A stretch of DNA of 64,000 nucleotides from Paraspadella gotoi (taxonomy: Eukaryota; Animalia; Chaetognatha): assembly GCA_051294375.1 (NCBI GenBank), contig CM119263.1, positions 2,256,113 through 2,320,112 of the forward strand. Reading direction: 5' to 3'. The position numbers and the translations under genes were made by a program. This document shows, piece by piece, positions 38,513 through 51,144 of this stretch (position 1 is the first letter of the stretch; each line of letters starts with the position of its first letter). Under the pieces are notes generated by a model, which ran no database searches, was not told where the DNA came from, and was given only the letters and a program-made list of their open reading frames with translations.

Positions 38513-40228
38513 GAGCAGAGTTTACAGATTGTAAGTATGTTGGGCGTGGATTTGCAAAGAGCAGAGTGTGGGCTTGCTTTCTAGATGTTTTCGAAACTGT
38601 GAACCAGGTAGCAGTGATTTCGCGGGGCAGAAAATATCTGAGACTCGGAAATTTATCTCTACAAGGGGATGATAATGGTAACATTTTAATAAACTAAAAT
38701 TTAGCATAGCATAATCCACGAAAATAAAAACTGATTTGTTTGTAAGTTTTATACAAGCCAAAGCGAGCCAGGGGGTGAGAAAGATTCCCGCGCGCATCCC
38801 CTCGGTTGGGGATGAGAACCGACGAGGGCCTTTGGAAACCTCGGGGGTGGCGGACAACGGGGCCAGGGAGCCGGGAGTAGAGGCCTGGGGGCCTTGAAGC
38901 TTCAAGGGGGGCCTAAGAATCTGTGGGTGATGGCTGACAGCCTGACATGGTCTATGGGGATAAGGGTGATCGGGCCAGTAGGTCTATGGGGGCCTAAACA
39001 CCTGAGGGCGTGGTTCACAGGCATCGAATTCCCTTCGTTTTTCGACGTCCGACGAATTCGCTCTCATCTTCATTAACGCCGTCTCTCTCAATTCGCTCGT
39101 CCAGTGATGCTTTTTCGGCGGAGCTTCGAAGCCTCGATCCCAGAGATCCCGTGTCAGTCCCGCGTCAGTCTCTTGTCATTTGCCCGTCACTTTTTCTTTC
39201 GTTTTTTCCTCATTTCCTGTCATTTTTTTTTTCAATTCGGAATTTCGGTTTCGCGCGATTTCGAAATTTGAAAATTTGTTTTCGTGGACTAAATTTTAAA
39301 TTTGAAAGCGTTTCTTTTATTTTTATTTTGTTTTGTTTGGTTCGAACGCCGTTTCTTAGCAACCACCTGATCCCTTTCTTTAGTCGATTACTGACAAGAT
39401 TCGTTTGCTGTTTTGATCTGTGACTTTGGTTCAACGAATAATTGTCGGTGAGAAAATAAAATAAGGAGGAAAAAAAAGTCGAAATCTTAAGTATAAAAGG
39501 AAGAAGAGAAAAGAATTGCATACGGTCCGTATATGCCTAGAAAAAAGAGCTATCTCTGCAATAAAACATTTACATTTCCTGGCTCGAGACGTACATTTAC
39601 ATCGAAGAGCGGATCGTAATCGATTCTGGGCCACGATGAAGGATTTATGTCGGATTTATGAAGGATTTAGGAAGGATTTTTATGAATGATTTACTCGAGC
39701 TTTTATCCTCGCTTTGTAATCTATGATATATCTCGACTCTCGATATTAAAAAAAACCGGACACGATGCGTGGATTTTGGGCTCTATTTTCCGAGAGTGCC
39801 TCATTTCTGTTCCTTTATCCCAGAATATAATTTTAATCTTAATATTTAATTTAAATATATTTTAAAACTTATAAACCAAATCCCTAAATTTTAACCCTAA
39901 CCTTAATCTCCAACCTAATCCCTAACTTTTAATCTAATCTTTAATTGAAAAAAATAACCTTAAAAATGGGGAGTTTTGAGAAAAAAAAGCCGTTTATACA
40001 GTAGTTTGTTTATTAAGTTAAAAAAAGAAGTGAAAATGAGATAAATATTCGTATACTTTTGGAATTGTTGAAAAATGAACATGTAGCACGTGTATATTGA
40101 GAGAGAGAGAGAGAGAGAGAGAGNNNNNNNNNNNNNNNNNNNNNNNNNNNNNNNNNNNNNNNNNNNNNNNNNNNNNNNNNNNNNNNNNNNNNNNNNNNNN
40201 NNNNNNNNNNNNNNNNNNNNNNNNNNNN

Positions 40229-40262
<34 letters not shown>

Positions 40263-41446
40263 CAAAGAGGAAATACGTCAAAACAATCGAAGAAAAATGT
40301 AATTATAAATGACGATGAAAAGGCGGGGGAAAAATCCCCAACAAAAAAAAAGATTAAGAGAAAAAAAATGAACGAAGATGAAAAACTTTGATGAAGAAAA
40401 TCGATAAATTAAATGACGAATTATTTTTGAAATAAATTGTGACAAAAGTTTATTTTTTTATTTGTTTTTTTTGGGGAGGGTTTCTATATTTTTTTTACTT
40501 GTCCCCTTCCAACTAACGCTGAGAGTGGAAGCGCTACTTTATTATTTGTTAAAGATGTTAGGATCGACTCTTTCTCTCGGTTAAGAATTTTGATAAGTAN
40601 NNNNNNNNNGTTATTTATTAATATACAAATGTTCGTTCCTTTGCAGTTGAAAGCGAGATTTAATCGTAGAATTCAATCGAGGGGAAAAGGTTCAAGACAA
40701 TATTCAATAACAATAACAATAAACCTTTTCTTTATTACTGTGAATTCTTACCAAAATTCTGTTCGCGCCGAGAGAAAATTCGTTCTTACCGAAGTCTCCG
40801 AGGGTATTTGTTTTTAATAACGTCAATGAATGCGTCTTTCAACATATATCGATAATCCTACTTTTACTTTCTTCCTCGTGCGACTCCGTTTCAGTTAGGA
40901 CATTTCGTTACGCGCGAATCAACGTACGTTCGTTCGTCCACCGCTGTCTGTCTCACAATTACTTCAACGTTATTTATTAATATTACAAATTGTTCGTCTC
41001 TTTTGCAAGTTGAAAGCGAGATTTAATCCGGAGAATTCAATCGAGGGAAGCGTTTCAAGACAATACTTTCCATATTAACAATAAAATAAACAATATTCGT
41101 TTTAAGTTTTTAAGTGCAGTTGATCTCCATTATATAAAATAAGATGTACGGAATCCACGTCAAACGGATTTCGCGCCAGAAGCCGCGCCCAATGCGGTCG
41201 ATTGTGCTTAAAATTCGGCAAGCCAGNNNNNNNNNNNNNNNNNNNNNNNNNACTCTTAACCACTTTCGTCTCAATGTTAAATGAACTTTTTGTGACGCTT
41301 TACTTGAACGATGTGGAGTGAATTATCTTACGTGAAGTAAGTATATTAGAAAAGTGGGGGAAATCTAAGAAAAGCGCAAAGCGGTGAATTAAATTTATGT
41401 CGGTGAAGAGTTGCAGAGTATTATGGAGTAAAATAGGAGAGAGAGA

Positions 41447-41482
<36 letters not shown>

Positions 41483-41984
41483 ATAAACCTTACCATCCTC
41501 CACCTCAAGAAAATTACATTCGAATTCGAATCAATTTTTTTTTCAGAGAAAATTCTCTTTTCAAAGTTGATGACTTAAATAAGTTCGAAATTTCTTCCCA
41601 GTTTTTCTTTTCCCTCTTTTCTTATCTTTAGATCTTTTCTTTTCTTTTCTTTCTTTTTCTTTTATATACTTCTCTTTTTTTATTTTTTTATTTTTTTTCT
41701 TTATTTTCTTTTTTCGTCTTTTCTTTTCTTTTCTTTTATTATCTTTTCTTCTCTCTTTTTTTCTTTCTCGCTTTTTCTTCCAACTTTCTCGGCGTTTAAA
41801 AAAATTTTTTAACGACTCCGTCCTTGAAAAAAAATTTAAGTGAGGCCCGGATCGAGCATTGAGCAACCAGAGCGAGAAGGGAGGAAAACGAAAAATAGAA
41901 AGGATACGCGCCTTAGACTCTGAGCGCCCCTGGGTAGCATAATCACTTGTCCAATGTGGTCTTTGGCGCGTGCTCTTTCTCACT

Positions 41985-42032
<48 letters not shown>

Positions 42033-42294
42033 TCTAAAGCTGTTTATATTGCCTTCAGCCACATCAAACGAGTCGAATTTCAATCTAGACTTCGACGATC
42101 CTAAGATTTTTATTACTTTTTTTATTTTTTTAATATTGATATATATTTCTAAAGCTTTTCTCCCGATTGGCTTCTTCGCTGATTATTTTACCAATCGGCT
42201 GAATCCACTTTGATAACGAGAACCGGAAATTGATTCATATTCTGCGATGACGTCGATCCAGCGAAAGAGATTCGTGTTAAAGCTTCTATTAAAG

Positions 42295-42419
<125 letters not shown>

Positions 42420-42420
42420 A

Positions 42421-42452
<32 letters not shown>

Positions 42453-42724
42453 ATGACAATTTTATGGTGTGGCACCGCAGTAACTTTCTTTTTTTTATTC
42501 CTATAAAGACTTTGAAACATAGTTACAACAAGCCTCACATGGGGTATCACCTCCCTGCCAAGTGTAAACATGATCCTGTATTGCTCAATGTCAAATCATT
42601 TATTTCCACTTTCCGGTTGGGGTGTCACGTGGTTATATAAGTTTTGTATGTATGCACAAACAGGGTCTCGGTGTATAAAATCCATCTACTAAGTATTGAT
42701 CAAAATTATTAAAGACTTGTACAA

Positions 42725-42820
42725 TACGCAGACAGACAGACAGACAAATGGGGAGACTGACCTACAGACCAATTCTTAGACAAAGTGACTTATAGAGTTG
42801 CATCGCGAGTACTCGCGGAG
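42725..42820 (-). mobile_element. 5' fragment of the HINE/DINE-1-like element, reverse orientation
   Basis: aaagtgacttatagagtt (42782-42799) is the exact reverse complement of aactctataagtcacttt at 7087-7104, next to (CAGA)n and the palindrome cgcgagtactcgcg. Confidence 0.5.
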
Positions 42821-43009
42821 AGACTTAGAACAGAGCGATAAATAAAGGGTAATAATTAAGAGAGGAACTTCCCATGAATATTTAAATATCATCAAACGCA
42901 ATGATTAAAAAATTGCGATGCAAGGCTGCGTTGAAAACCGATTTACTTTCTGTAATACATAGTGAATCTTTTTCATAAAAACTAAAAGAGTAATGTTTAT
43001 GTTTATGTC

Positions 43010-43415
43010 AAGGAGGAAAAGAGAAGGGAGAAAGGGAGGAGCAGGAGGAGGCAAGAGAAGAAAAAAAGAGAAAGGAAAGAAAAAGAGAAGAAGAAGGAAG
43101 AATAAAATAAAGAAAAAGAGAAGAAGAAGGAAAAAGAAAAGAGAGAAAAAGAGAAGAAGAAGGAAGAAGAAAAGAAGAAGCAAGAAAAAAAGAGAGAAAA
43201 AAAGAAGAAGAAGGAAGAAGAAAAAAATAAAAACAAAAGAAGAAGGAAGAAAAAAAGAAGAAGGAAAAAGAAAAGAAGGAAGAAGAAGAGAAAAAGGAAG
43301 AAGAAAAGAAGGAAGAAGAAAAGAAAAAGGAAGAAAAAAAGAAGGAAAAAGAGAAGAAAGGGGAATAAAAGAAGGAAAAAGAGAAGAAGGAAAAAGAGAA
43401 GAAGAAGGAAGAAGA
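43010..43415. repeat. Polypurine (GAA/AAAG) low-complexity tract
   Basis: Almost exclusively A/G; source of the K/R/E- and F/L/S-rich spurious ORFs. Confidence 0.85.
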
Positions 43416-43497
43416 TTTGAAGAGGCGTCTGGATGTATTGCGTCAGACCCAGTGATGTTTGGTCCTCTGCCATTCTCGCTCATCATCATATTCATGA

Positions 43498-43534
<37 letters not shown>

Positions 43535-43985
43535 ACTCTCTCTTCCTCTCGCTTTCCGATCCGGCAGCACGCCTCTCTTGACACTTAAAAACCAAAACGT
43601 TATATCAGTGTTGTTGCGACCCGGCTCGCTCGCTCATTTACTGAAAATGGAGATTTATTTTTTTTTATTTTATTTTTTTTTAATGGAATTTTCTCTCTGT
43701 TGATGCTTCCCTTGGTTCGTTAATCCCTGCGCTAATTAGAAAAATTTCAAAGGTTTTTCCTTTGTTCATAAAATGAAATAAGTATATATATTCTTAATTT
43801 AAAAAGTGTGGCTCCAGGCCTAGTGACGGTAAATTAAACAAACAATAAACATTAGACAGGTTTTAAAAATTCTAAACTATCTTTGACCAAAACAACTAAT
43901 GCAGCGTCCAATGTAAACAGTTTAGCAATTCCATGAACTAAATGCAGCAACTGCATGAAAGCTCCAATCAGACAAGAAATTTTCG

Positions 43986-44231
43986 CAACTCAATCTAGAC
44001 AAAAAGCTTCAGTCAGACGAGGAATTGCCGTGACTCAATCTAGACAAAAAGCTTCAGTCAGACGAGGAATTGCCGCAACTCAATCTAGACAGTAGACATA
44101 AAGCTTCAGTCAGACGAGGAATTGCCGCAACTCAATCTAGACAGTAGACATAAAGCTTCAGTCAGACGAGGAATTGCCGCAACTCAATCTAGACAGTAGA
44201 CATAAAGCTTCAGTCAGACGAGGAATTGCCG
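43986..44231. repeat. Tandem repeat, 2x45 bp + 3x52 bp, overlapping the kelch gene stop codon
   Basis: Unit caactcaatctagac(agtagac)a(a/t)aaagcttcagtcagacgaggaattgccg; a degenerate partial unit at ~43959-43985. Confidence 0.9.
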
Positions 44232-44417
44232 CAAGTCCAACTCCAGCATGAAGTCGTGACGACGTCGGCCTCGTTCGCCGCCTACGAGAAAGACTCTGCC
44301 GATGTGAGGCGACCCGACGGCCTTCTGGAGGATCCACTTGGAACTTCTCTTCAAAGACGGAAGATCGATGGTCGCGTGGACGGTGGAGGTGGAGACGTTG
44401 ATCACGTGACATTCGGG
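44214..44417 (-). CDS. Kelch-domain protein (KLHDC2/KLHDC1-like), last exon
   Basis: Acceptor ccccatcag|CCC, phase 0; PECHVINVST..IGRVFLVGGERGRRRHDFMLELDLRQFLV* (kelch GG motif). Confidence 0.8.
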   Translation of the reverse strand, partial: PECHVINVSTSTVHATIDLPSLKRSSKWILQKAVGSPHIGRVFLVGGERGRRRHDFMLELDLRQFLV

Positions 44418-44921
44418 CTGATGGGGGAATAAAAGGATTTTTATAATTGATATTATAAAAACTTTCTTTAGCTTATAAGATCATTCTATTATTATTTGAA
44501 TTTTTTTTTAAATGGGAATATCGGTGCTATTACGTATATATTATCAGATATATGTACAGTATATATATGTAAAATATTAAAATATTTTTTGAAAATCATT
44601 TTCAATTTTACTTTTCGCACTTTTTTTTCTTTCCTTATATTTTTTTCCTTCCTTTTTTTTTCTGCATTTTTTTTCCTTCCTTTTTTTCATTCCCTTTTTC
44701 CTTCATTTCCATCATCTTTTCTCTTTCTTTCCTTCCCTTTTTTTCCTTTCTCACCTTTTCTTTTTCCCTGATTTCCAACCTTCTTTCTTTCTTCTGATTT
44801 CCTTCTTTTTCTTTCCTTCCTTCCCTATCGTTTTTTCCTTTCTTTCCAATTAAAATCTTTTTTTTTCTTTTTCATTCCTCCTTTTTTCCCTCCTTTCTTC
44901 TTATTCATTTCTTTCCCTCAC

Positions 44922-45200
44922 TTTCTTCCTTCCGCTCTCCGCGTCGCCGCCGCAGAGCAGGATGTTTCCGTCGCCAAGTGACGTCACCGTCCCGGTCATC
45001 GTCGTCGTCATCAACGCCATCTCGGGTCCCGCGAGGATTTCAACCCTCGTCCACGTCGATGCCGGAATGTTGAGCCGGAACAAATCGGCCGATTTTCCGG
45101 TAACGTCACGCCCACCGAAGACGAAGGCGTCACCGAGCGGCGTCACGCAGCTGGCGGCGAAAGCTCGCGGAGTCGGACGCTGACCGACCGTCGGCACCGA
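44922..45200 (-). CDS. Kelch-domain protein exon
   Basis: ttacag|TCG..AAA|gtgagg, 93 codons; GQRPTPRAFAASCVTPLGDAFVFGGRDVTGKSADLFRLNIPASTW resembles KLHDC2 GKAPSPRAAHAC..GFVFGGR..DLHYLNL. Confidence 0.88.
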
Positions 45201-45346
45201 CTGTAACAGATGATTTCGTAGTTTATTTATAAATGGGATTTGACTTCATCCTTTATCTCATTTGCATATAGTAGTATAATATTTGAAAAGTCATTGATTT
45301 ATTTTATTTGGCATATTTTTGAGAATTTATCTTTAAACTGGCTGAC

Positions 45347-45990
45347 CTCCCATCGACGCACGGATGTTGATCCCGACACTGGCGTTCTCTCTGCCGACAC
45401 TGGCGTCGTCTCTGCCGACACTGGCGTCGTCTCTGCCGACACTGGACGGTCGCCCGACATCCTGAGTCTCAACAATTGGTCGTTAAATCCGACGCCGTCA
45501 TCGCCGAACTCGTGACGCCCGTTCGTCGTCAAAAACCGTTCCCATCTCCGCCCGGCGCCGCCGAACGCGTAAAGGGCGCCGTCCCATCCCCAGGCGGCGT
45601 GGGAGTGTCTCGGCGCCGGCATATCGGCGTCGGTGGCGCCGTCGAACGTCAACCGGCGCCAAACGAGATCGCGAAGATCGAGCGAATGGGCGTCGTTAAT
45701 TTCTGCGCCCCCTGGATCCACGCCGCCGAAGACGACGAGCTCCGCGCCAACGACGTCTCCCGCGGCGCCGACGGTGCGGAGCGGAACGTCGCCCGACGAA
45801 TGTTGGCACCGGAAATGGCGCGAAGTTGAGTCGAAGGCGCGGACGGCGGAGGCGGGAAGGAAGTGGCGGTCGCGTCCTCGCCACTCGTAGACGATATAAG
45901 GGGAGGGAGAGGAGGAGAAGAGGAGGAGGAGGAGGAAGGAGAAGGTGAGGTGAAGATGAGGTGGGCTTCGCCAGGCGTTGTACCACGACG
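45347..45990 (-). CDS. Kelch-domain protein exon (5' boundary/frame uncertain)
   Basis: HFLPASAVRAFD..SGDVPL..LVVFGG..INDAHSLDLRDLVW..PAPRHSHAAWGWDGALYAFGG..GFNDQL; donor gag|gtcagc; contains a 21-bp repeat encoding (PVSAETT)x3. Confidence 0.85.
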
Positions 45991-47075
45991 CTAGAGAATT
46001 TAATTTAATTTGTTTGTTAGAATATCTTTTTTTTTTTTTTGGTTTAAAACCTTCAAAACGTAACTGGGACAGACCAACAGACAGAGAGATCGAATAAAAT
46101 AAACTTACAAAGTTACTCCACGAATGCAACTAAAAACAACAACATTACAAACTGTAATCAAGGAAATTAAAGAGACGGACAGAACTTTAATCTCATTTAC
46201 ATATTATCGTGTGGTTGTTATTTATCGATTTTCACTCGTGAATAAAATTTCTCGTTCAATCATGTAGCCAATGCGTTTTATGCTGCCTAACTTACATATC
46301 AGTAAACTAAATATCCCTACACACGATCCATTTAAGTCCAAACTTTTTTATTCTATGCCCGGTACCCATTTACAAGTGCAACCAAAAATCTGTCTCCAGC
46401 TGAAAACTCCTTAAATAAAATAGGAAAGATTCTCTTCGATAATTGAAACTCTCAAGCTGCATCTCTGTGACGCGATTTCAATTGGCAGATGACCTGGCCA
46501 ATCGTCCGATCCATGAGGAATCGAGACCCTGGATGGGATCGTCCTAAGTTTCAACTCCAGAGATGTCGCGACATGCGCAACGCGGTTCTTGAGAGTTTTG
46601 ACTCTCGCCGCGAGTCGTCATTTTTTTGGATTTAGTCGGTCCGTCAACAGGTTTTTGGTCGGTTTTTGAACTAGTTCGGTTTGTGGGTCAGCCCAATGGC
46701 GGGAAAAACCGGGCCACTACCAATTTCTTTTGCGAGTGCCGTTGAAAGCCATGCTCATTGCTCAATGAGCATTGCTCATCCCAACTCCATACAATTTAAC
46801 TTAGCAGCAAAGCTACTGATACAAAAATATTTTACAAAACGAAAAGCTATTATTTCTCTTATATTCTTTATATAAATTATTTTAACCCCTTTAGAGCCCG
46901 AGGGGGTGTCTATCCCCCTACACCCTTCTGGGGTCAGTCGGCCGTGTTTTGATCGGTTTTTGAGTCCGTCAGTCTGTTTATCTGTCCGTCGATCTCTCGT
47001 CCTTTCTCTTATTTCCTTTCCTCCCTTCCTCCCTTCCTCCCTTCCTCCCTTCCTCCCTTCCTCCCTTCCCCTCAC

Positions 47076-47334
47076 CCTCTCCTCGTCCTCTGCTGCCTCC
47101 ACGTCTCCAGCGTCATCGAAATCATCCACGGGACACTTGAAGAAAGCGAAGGGCGCGGCGCGGCGACGCAGCTGGCGGACGTCGACGCGCGTCTCCCTGA
47201 CGCAGCGGAAGAGGAAAGACTCTTCCACGTCGGAACTCGTCTTGTCCCAAAAGTAGGAGAGGCTCTCGAGAAGACGGAGGCGGGCGGAGGAGTCCGGGAG
47301 GGACGAGAGATTGCGAAGAGCCTCTTGGAGGAAG
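47076..47334 (-). CDS. Probable second exon of the kelch gene (helical N-terminal extension)
   Basis: ctccccag|C..AGG|gtgagg; FLQEALRNLSSLPDSSARLRLLESLSYFWDK..AAEDEER; phase matches the upstream exon. Confidence 0.65.
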
Positions 47335-47579
47335 CTGGGGAGTAATGGGGGGGGGGCAACATCAGGGAGAAATACATCAAATTGAAGTACGATAATCAAA
47401 AAGAACAACTTCAAGTAGAACTAAATTATATTTTAATCTTCAAATAGGAATTTCAAAATTAAGTAAAATAAAAATCAGTTCATTGCAACAATCATGATAA
47501 CCCGAGAAGGTTTTTAACTTAAAATTCATAAACGACAACAACCTAAACAGCAACAACAGCAACCACAGCAACTTCGCAC

Positions 47580-47638
47580 CCGTCTAAATCGTTGCGGCAG
47601 AAGGCGAATTTGATGAGAGACTTTTCTTGATTCGACAT
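47580..47638 (-). CDS. Probable first coding exon of the kelch gene
   Basis: aaaATG MSNQEKSLIKFAFCRNDLD GG|gtgcga, phase 2, joins 47334 in frame. Confidence 0.55.
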
Positions 47639-48186
47639 TTTCGAATCTCGAAGTCGAGATTCTAGTCGATCTCCGGTTTCGTCCTTGATTCTATAGTTTA
47701 AAAAAATAATTAATTAATTGATTTGTTTTTATGATAAATAGCGATTTCGAAAACAAAAGAAACTGGAATTCTGACCGCTTGAATATGATAGTAGTCATAG
47801 TAGTCAAAAATGGAAAATAAACAAAAAGAAAAATGCTATGAGAAACCGAAAAAAATTTTTGATATGTCTTTAATTGGACATAATCCAATAACTATTAGGT
47901 AAAGTTAGTATTATTTAGTTCCAATTCCATGCGGTGGGTCAAAATCCCCCCCAGTCTTTCAAATCGGTCATGGAAGCCGGAGTCAAGTTAATCGCCTCTA
48001 AACCCAATTTCTAATCTCTTTAATCTCTTTAATCTCTTTAATCTCTTGTCTCTTTAATCTTTGACTTCAAAATGCAACCGACCTTCTCAGATCTCGTCCC
48101 ACCCTCACTCCGACCTCATCTCCCAGCGCCTCACCTTCTCAGATCTCCCCCCACCCTCACTCCGACTTCATTCCCCCCAAAACCCC

Positions 48187-48481
48187 TCACCTTCTCAGCC
48201 TCTTCTTCTCATCTTCTCCCAACTGAAACAACAGTCCACAGACGCCGTCGGAATTTCCCTCAGAGAATCTCGTCTTGAGAAAAAAGCCCAGCCCCAGCAG
48301 AGCCTTGGCGCCGAATCTGGAAAGGCTGGGGTGGCGCCGGTAGGAGTGATGGATTAAGTTGAGAGTGGCAGAGAGAGCGGGACCGACGACGACGAGGATC
48401 AGCGCCAATTCGCGTCGATAACGACTTCCGCCGTGACGAACGTTGACGTCGAAGATGCAAGAAGGGTGATCGTCGAGGTAC
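48187..48481 (-). CDS. XK-related (Xkr) membrane protein, last exon
   Basis: ctccag|G, phase 2; YLDDHPSC..ELALILVVVGPALSATLNLIHHSYRRHP..KKRLRR*; last TM followed by the Y..HP motif typical of Xkr. Confidence 0.8.
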
Positions 48482-48955
48482 CTGGAGTGAGGGAGTGAGA
48501 GAAGGTCACGAACTTAGTGTGGTCGTTTTAAGTTTGGTCACTTTATATTATGAAATTGGTACAACCAATATAAAAATTATGTTATATTATATTACATTTT
48601 ATCACACATTTTATCATAACTGTAAACAGTAAACAATCGTGAGAGTGTCTTGATTGAAAGTTATATTTTCTTGTGAGATGGATGGAGGACATTGAAACCC
48701 ATTATAAGCTGTCCAAAATCCACCTTATTAAATGAATGATTGGATAATTTTATATTGGTTGTACAATTGTCATTACCTCTCATTACTTTACCATATATCA
48801 GTATATCACCTCAAATATAAATTTGCAACTTTCATAATTTTCAGTTTTTGAAATTCAGTGGTTTTTATGCAAGTTCAAAGTTTCCTGATGAAGTTTTTTT
48901 GCAAATTTCAAATTCATATAATTTCTAATAAATAAATTGGGATTACCAAATTTAC

Positions 48956-49668
48956 CACAAAAAAGCGACGCTGCCTTGGGCCAGAATCGAGATTCCGTAA
49001 TAAATGATCTGATCCCAAAATCGATGACCCGGATCCTCCTTCATTCTCTCAACACCCCCTTCGTCCTTCCACGCCCTCGTCCGCGAGTCGTAGGCGTGGA
49101 GACGGTGCTCCAACAGCGTCACGTTGGCGATGACGCCTCGTTTGAGGATTTTAAAGATCAACCCGACTCGCCTTTCCAGCTCATTGACGGGCGGTTGGGG
49201 CTTCGCGAATCGCAGGTCGTCTTTTGGATCTCCGCCCGACTCCGCTTTGGAGTCTTCGGACGTCTCCATCTTCGACGTCTTCTCCACCCGCCACTCCAGG
49301 TGCCAGACGTCGAAAGCGGCGCCTAGCGCCAGATGCAACGCCACGGCGATCGCGCCCACCTCGCGCCATTTCCGGTCCACGCTGCCAAAGAGAACGGCGA
49401 GAAAGAGAAGTCGCGCCAACATGGCGGGAAGACGCACGAGGAAGACGACGACGTCACCGAGTAGCGTCGGTTCGCGTCGAATCGGATTCTTTCGCACGAC
49501 GTCGCGTCGGTAGCTCCAGACTCGAAGGCAGAGGCCGACGATCGAGGAAAGAGTCACGACTCCGCGCAAGAAGTTGACGTCGCTACCATCGAGGATCGTC
49601 CAGACGAGTTGAAGGATGAATTGGGGAGCGTCTTCGAAGAAGGCCTCGCAGAATTGGTGCTCGGAGAT
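48956..49668 (-). CDS. XK-related (Xkr) membrane protein exon 4
   Basis: ccctcag|ATC..TG|gtaaat; CEAFFEDAPQFILQL matches the XK-family hallmark EAFLESAPQLxLQL; several TM segments (SSIVGLCLRVWSY, LARLLFLAVLF). Confidence 0.92.
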
Positions 49669-49685
49669 CTGAGGGAGAGAGAGAG

Positions 49686-49737
<52 letters not shown>

Positions 49738-49867
49738 AAGTCAAAACAAGAATACTACTTGACAAATTTGTTACAAATTTCTTTCTTCCAACTTTCAACC
49801 CATGCCGTAATCTATACCACTGACCACGTGACTATTCAAAACATCACACCCCATCGCACTCCATCAC

Positions 49868-50185
49868 CTTCAGCAGCTCGTCCGACAGCCTCGACTCCCT
49901 CGACTCCGGCAACCTCGGATCCTTCAAGACTTCCACCAGGATATCCTGGACGATCTCGTCTCGGCCGGCGTCCGCGAATCCAGGAGGATTGATGACGGAG
50001 ACGAGACGCGTTCGGAGAGCGGAGAGGCTCCACGAGGTGGCGCGGCTTACGCTCCCCGCGCCCTCTTCATCTTCCTCCTCCGACGCCTCGGCCGAATCTT
50101 GAATCCGAATGAGTCGATATTCAATTCGGAATTTCCTCAACATCGTTAATGGAATGAGAATCGGTAGGAGTGGAACCACGATGAC
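49868..50185 (-). CDS. XK-related (Xkr) membrane protein exon 3
   Basis: cttcaag|GTC..AAG|gtgatg, 106 codons; VIVVPLLPILIPLTMLRKFRIEY..SDELLK. Confidence 0.8.
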
Positions 50186-50645
50186 CTTGAAGATGAGAAT
50201 GGAATCGGGGTGATGGAAATAAAAAAGGGGAAAAGAAATACCGGGCGATTGTTATTTATCAGCCTCTAGAAATCGTTTGTGCTATTAAAATTTTTTTAAG
50301 AACATGCTACTAATTAAAAATTTGTAAAACATACACCATTTTAAAGACAAGTAATAAGTAATGTGCTTTTCAATATTTTTTTTCTTGCGATGGATTATTT
50401 TACTTACTAATGTTAGGCAACCATTTTTTCGATGATGCCTCATACCTCAATAAAATCACTTTTCTAATGGTCACCCGGTATTTTATTTTATCACGTTGTG
50501 CTTGTGAATTAGAGTAACAAGCCATTCCTTGACATTCTCAGAATTATCTAAATAATTAAATATCTAAAAAATCTAATTAATTAAATACCTAAACTAAAAT
50601 CACGCTATCTAAATATCCTTTCGATGACCGGACGAGTCCGCACAC

Positions 50646-51027
50646 CTTGCACGCAAATCCCATGACGTAACCGCGCCACGTGTCTTCCTCCACGACGCGC
50701 AAACAACGCCAGGGCAACGCCCTCGTGGCGTCGACGAGCGGACGGAACCCGTGGAAGACGTAATGCCAGAGAGTCTCCTTGGAGGAGAGTTCGAGACCGC
50801 GGACGAAAAGCGGGAGGATCATGAAGAGGGTCGTCAATCTGAAGAAGGTCGTCGCGTCGAGGAGAGGCTCCGGAGGGGGGCCGAGGGAAAGAGGGGTGGA
50901 AGGGGGAAGAGGGTCGGGAGTAGTGGAGCGGAAAGGAAAGAAGTAGAGGAGCGATGGAGTCGTTGAAAGATCTTCGTCGGGATAAACGAGTTTGATGGAG
51001 CGATTTTGGTCGAGGGTCATGACGCAT
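50646..51027 (-). CDS. XK-related (Xkr) membrane protein exon 2
   Basis: cttttag|A..AAG|gtgtgc, phase 2-0; FFRLTTLFMILP matches the Xkr second TM pattern (xFxLTLxFxxLP). Confidence 0.8.
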
Positions 51028-51079
51028 CTAAAAGTAAGGGAGAGAGAGGATTATCTCTCTCTCTCTCTCTCTCTTCTCT

Positions 51080-51121
<42 letters not shown>

Positions 51122-51144
51122 TCTCGTCTCTCTCTCTCTCTCAC

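Noticed and set aside
40590-41100. Local duplication 40590-40740 vs 40965-41100
   Set aside because: Indel-noisy copies between N gaps; assembly artefact.
41905-41935. tRNA-like fragment gccttagactctgagcgcc
   Set aside because: Too short; no cloverleaf or matching B-box found.
42905-43703. Long K/R/E-rich and F/L/S-rich ORFs (also 21858-22467, 28446-29177, 12857-13483, 55578-56227)
   Set aside because: Arise from polypurine/polypyrimidine tracts that lack stop codons by composition.
43986-44231. CRISPR-like regularly repeated sequence
   Set aside because: Units are head-to-tail with no unique spacers, no cas genes, and the context is eukaryotic.
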